Part shown: one piece after another, positions 57,772 to 64,000 of the stretch
How the letters are laid out: each line of letters begins with the position of its first letter
Position numbering within the stretch: position 1 is the stretch's first letter
Source of the DNA: the human T2T-CHM13v2.0 reference genome, Homo sapiens
Length of the DNA stretch: 64,000 nucleotides
Reading direction: 5' to 3' (one strand)
Assembly (NCBI RefSeq): GCF_009914755.1
Contig: NC_060933.1
Translations under genes and position numbers: made by a program
The notes under the pieces: model-generated
The model's input: only the letters and a program-made list of their open reading frames with translations
Databases searched by the model: none
Told to the model about the DNA's origin: nothing

Positions 57772-58167
57772 TGCTATGGTCTGAAAATATCCCCCCAAAT
57801 TCATATGTTGAAACTTTACTGCCAATGTTGTGGTATTAAGAAGTGGATCCTTTGAGAGGTGATGAAGTTGTGAAGGCTGAGCCCGCTTGGATGGGACCAG
57901 GGCCCTTCTAAAAGGGCTTGAGGGAGTGGGTTCGCCCTCTTCCATCTCTCTGCCATGTGAGGACAAGCGTTCCTCCCTTTTGCCTTTGTGAGGATGCAGC
58001 AATGAGGTGCCCTCTAGAAAGCAGAGAACAACCTTCACAGATGCCCAGCCTGCCAGCACCTTGATCTGGGACTTCCCAGCCTCCAGAACTTTGAGAAATA
58101 AATTTCTATTCTTTATACATTCCCCAGTCTCCTGTGTTTATTTTGGTGTCAGGAATGGTCCAAGACA
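57772..58167 (+). mobile_element. MaLR LTR (MST-like)
   Basis: tgctatggtctgaa...aaattcatatgttgaa start; ggacttcccagcctccagaact...aataaa; ends aagaca. Confidence 0.8.
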
Positions 58168-61154
58168 GCCTCCCTCAGCCTTTGGGCTTGTAGGTCTGCT
58201 CGCCATAGGAAACGGCTCCTGGACCTAGGTGTATGCGGGAGTGTGGTGCAGGTTGAAGGCTGCGGGTTGGGTGAAGGTATGGAGGTGAGGGGGTGATGGC
58301 TGTTGGGCTGGGCACCAGCAAACTGTGGAATGGAGCAATTTGGTGGACTGCTATGGAGTCACCTTAGTGAAGCTTCCCCACATTGTTCAGAGTTAGCGTG
58401 GACCATGCTATTTGTAAGGCAGAAGGGAAGCACAGAAATGTTTCTTTTATGCTTGGAAGGCGGGGCCAGGTCCACTAGATGCTACTGCAGCTCACATGTC
58501 TTGGCTGGTCTGCTGGTGCACAGGCTGGGGTGGGCAGTGGCTGGGCCTGTGGCTGCTCCAGAAATAGCCAGATCCCTCCACCCCAAGCTTCTCCTTCCCC
58601 TGGGCCGGGTGCATAATTCATTCTGAGATAAGGGTGTCCCCTTCTCCCGCAGGACACATGGATCATCATCGAGGTTGGCGGCTCAGAGCTAAGGAGCACA
58701 CGCTGCAAACCAGCCCACCTTGGGGATGTGACTTGTCCTCACCCTCTTTATACCCATGTCCCCTTCCTGACGCTGCCCCAGGCTTCTGAGACAGTAGCCT
58801 TCCACAGGCTTGGAACTGCGGTAGGCATCACACCTTGTGGTTCTGCATCCCTGATGGAGCTCACGCTAGCCCCCACACGCCCACTAGAGCAACTGGACCA
58901 CTTAGGAAGTTTAAAAGTTTTTAAAATAGGGGTTCTTGTATTTATGTTCATGGTTTCTGTGTATTCTTCTTTAGACATAATATAGATGGCATCCTTGTGT
59001 TTATAATTAAATTCAATATACCTAATACTGTTTAATGACTGGAAGCTTTTGCCTGCCAGGTGAAAATGGAGATCTATTTGTTTACTTATAATAGTTATCA
59101 CCCTCCATCATACTTTAAAAATAGGAGTCTTGGGCTCCAAGCTCATATAAATCAAGAGACTCCTGTACCTGGAGACATTCTCCCTCTGTGCCTTTGGGTG
59201 CATCTCAGCTCCTTCCTCCTCCCAGCTTGGCTCCGTCCAGGCTCAGTCCAGATCCTGGAGCCACGGGCACTGAAACAAGGTCTTCTTAAAAGTCTGGAAG
59301 AGTTTAGGAGGCTTCAAACATCCATTCATTTACAGGTTACCAGGACAATCATCTCACTGCAGACACCTAATGATGTCTAAAGACACAGTGTTCCGACTAA
59401 GTGCTTACTGTGGGCCCTACACTGGGTTCAACACCGTGTTTCAATATTGAAACTTTTTCATGGTGTGTTGAAAAGAACTGAAAATGAATACAGCAAACAC
59501 CCGTCTGAAGGACAGAGATGACCAGTGCCGAGCAGCCTCCTGCAGCCCCCGCCAGCTCAGCCTCCACTCGCCCTGACAGGCTACCGCACAGAGGTGAGTG
59601 TTTCTTAGACTCTTGTGTTGCTGTCATCATTGTAATCACACATGTATGCACCTTGGGGCATTTCCCTATCTCGTTTTACAGACTTTATGAGCATGGTTAA
59701 TATGCCTAGCTCAAGGATTTCTTGGGAGCCCGAGGGTTACAAATTAGCACACAATCTCCTAGAAAGACAGCACAGCCTTGGAAATAGGTGTTTTCTCTAT
59801 TTCAGAATTCATTTTCCACACTCTCTTATAGGAGTTTCTTTTTTCTTCCCATTCTGTGTTTAAGCCTCTTCTGACCTATAGTAAATCTCACTGTTTTGAC
59901 ATTGTCTTCTCTGACTGTGTATGGCTTCTTCTAATTATTGCTCATCAAATCTATTTCTTAGCATTATGTCAAAATCAGATGGTTATTTTTTCCATCTGTT
60001 GCCACAATCTGTTCAAACCATCACACTAGGTGAACCTGCAGGAAATCGTATCAGCCAAAAGAGAGACGAATGTGCTTCAGCCAGACTTAATATGGACAGG
60101 GTTTTGGTGTGGAATACGATATTTGAAATCTTCTTATATAATGTCAAGTTCAGAAAAATGGCTATTTTCTCTGGTGCCAGCAGTGGGTAACACAAAAGCA
60201 ATGGTAAGGCACAAGTGGGAAACCCTCACAATATTCTTGCTCCATAATATAACAATATTTAATAAAGAAGCTCCCCAGGCCCAGCCCATTCCTCTTCAAC
60301 TCAGAGGGAAAATTGAAGTCCCTATATTTCATTTCAAAGGCTCTAAGTGAATCGGAAGGAAAAAGTCCTCTTCTTGAAAGCATTTCACGTGGACAGAGTG
60401 GACTCATTCCATGCTACGCTGCTCCTGCTAAGCAGAAAGCTGTGGTTCCTTCTTCATTAAGTAAAGTGGTTTGCAAAGCTCCAGCATCGTAGCCATGTGC
60501 TAATGGTATTAGGACCAAGGGACCATTGGCAGCTCAAGGTTGGAGAGTGAAGTGGAGCCAGGAAAAAGTGGGCCTTGACAAAGCCTACTGGTATTTTTTT
60601 TATTAGGGATGCAATGGTGTCTCTATTCACTGCAGCAGATACAGAATGCAGCAAAAGATTGTGCTGGAAAAACCCAGTTAAGAGAGAAAGACAGAATCCC
60701 TCAGTCGAAATGTATTTTCCAGGAGAGATAAAGGGTGAGCCTCCGTTGTGGGGTTGCATACTGGCCCCACTCCAGGATGCCCACATATTGGGGTCAGGTT
60801 TTCATGCTGCCCGCCCCCACAACCTGACTTCAGCCCTGAGGCAGAGAGGATCCCCATGATGCTACCACATGTGGTACTGGTCCCCTTTGTCAGTGTCAAC
60901 TTGAAGTAATTTATTGCTTTGCCTTTCAGAGCAGAAAATAGATTCATTGGTGGTTTGTAAAAAGCATGCTTTTTTGTGAACGTATTCATATGTTTTACAC
61001 TTTTATTTTCCTTGTGCAATTATCGACTCTCACTTTCATTAAATTGTGTGAAACAGCAGCTAGCCCACGTTACAATCATGTCTCTTGGTTCTCCCTGCCC
61101 CTCCCCCTCGGATATCCAAAGGCATCTGCTCTTCCTAAAAGGCTGGATGAATGA

Positions 61155-61528
<374 letters not shown>

Positions 61529-62779
61529 TGACTTACTCTTTCTAATATCATAATACAAAATCCTTGATCTGGAAAAACATTTCCTCTTCATCCTCAGCGC
61601 TGACTGGGGCTGAGAAACCTTGGTGGGAGGCTGCCAGGGAACCTTCTGCCCAAGTGGCTCAGCGCCAGTGGACTCATGGAGTAGCAATTGGTCTCAATGA
61701 CAGAACTGGCTTTGGAGCAGCAAATTTTAGGGGCACCAGGAAGGCCTCTTCCCCACCACGGTGCTTGCCACTCCACTGTGAGAATTTCTAATTTCTTTAG
61801 GGCTCAGGTCTTCAATAGTGCTGGTACTTCTAAAAGTATCTGAGCTTGAATCTTACTACTACTGTCTTTGGATGTAGGTGGTGGCCAAATGAGAGAAGAA
61901 GGATGTTTGGGAACAGAATAGGGCTGACGGATGTTCTAGGAGCACCAGGGGCGGGGGATGGCTGGACAGAAGGAGGTGAGCATCTAGTCTCTCGGCTTGT
62001 GGCTTGCATCTCACCAGCCAGTGAGGAAGGAGCGGGAGAGATGGGGTTCTGGGTGGCCTGGCCTGGGGCTCCCACTCTTTGTCCTGGGCAGGAACAGCAG
62101 CCTACACACCTTGCAGGGCTGCTGTCTGTGGCCCCAGTGCCCTTGACACCCCAGGGGGGCTGCAGACGCATCACCATGCTAACAGACTGTGTTCAAGGTG
62201 CTGAAGGCTCACTGATGTCCATCAAGGGCCTTTAGCCTCCATGCCTGTGGTCGGGTGCCTGGGAAGGAAACCTGAAAAGGGGCAGGGGGGGTAGGGGAGG
62301 TCAGAGACTGCCTCCATGCCACCCAGGTAAGGGCGCAACACACAGCAAGCCACCTGCCACAGGCTTGGAGGAAGGAGAGATGAAGACCACTCAGCTCTGG
62401 TTCTTCGTCTCCACCCTCATCCCAGCCCTCGGGCTGCTCTCGGCTTCTCTGGACCAAATGCCCTAAGAGGCTTTGACACTTTCAGGGATGAAAGAGTGGG
62501 ATGAGGAGAGGAGAGAGAGACTGTGGTGGAGAAGGCGCCTTGAGAAGGGCCAGGGAGTAAGCCCAGAGCTGACTGCGGGGGTGGGCATGGGCCCTCACCT
62601 ACAACTGTCTTCCCCACAGGAACCCCAAGCACTGGAAGAAAGAAAGCCCAGTCAGTGAGGCCAAGCCTTGGTTAAGGAATCGTGCCCCTGGGGGTCCACT
62701 AGGATGCATGCTTGTTATCTGGGACATATTTTCCTTTTATTTTTTAAAATTTTTAATTTGATTTTTTTAAAAAAAGTTT

Positions 62780-63905
<1,126 letters not shown>

Positions 63906-63927
63906 TTTAAGCCTTTTTTAGCCAGGC

Positions 63928-63958
<31 letters not shown>

Positions 63959-64000
63959 CAAAACATGTGCGTCCCAACATCTAAAACAAGCAAAGTAGAT

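Overview
Human genomic DNA (AluYa5-like and LTR12C elements present); no protein-coding exon can be supported. The window holds the 5' end of a minus-strand gene that I recognise from memory as SEMA4D (CD100): a CpG-island promoter with non-coding exon 1 (~44070->43877), a ~42 kb first intron, and a 66-nt 5'UTR exon (1665->1600). About 20 kb of upstream intergenic DNA follows. Intron 1 contains a sense-oriented solo ERV9 LTR12C (25455-26949, CTAT TSD), a known type of alternative promoter. Compared with the consensus as I recall it, this LTR lacks its R-region AATAAA poly(A) signal through a 13-bp microhomology deletion; this is the most interesting observation. Also present: an Alu-interrupted UBE2V1 processed pseudogene, an 18-bp G/CpG-rich VNTR, a 16/48/96-bp higher-order minisatellite, CA/TG low-complexity tracts, a young AluYa5-like insertion, an old ~200-bp local duplication, and many Alu, L1, L2, LTR and DNA-transposon relics. 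The long ORFs in the track are repeat or low-complexity artefacts. I see no evidence of a new multi-gene system. Repeat subfamily calls are by eye and their boundaries are approximate.
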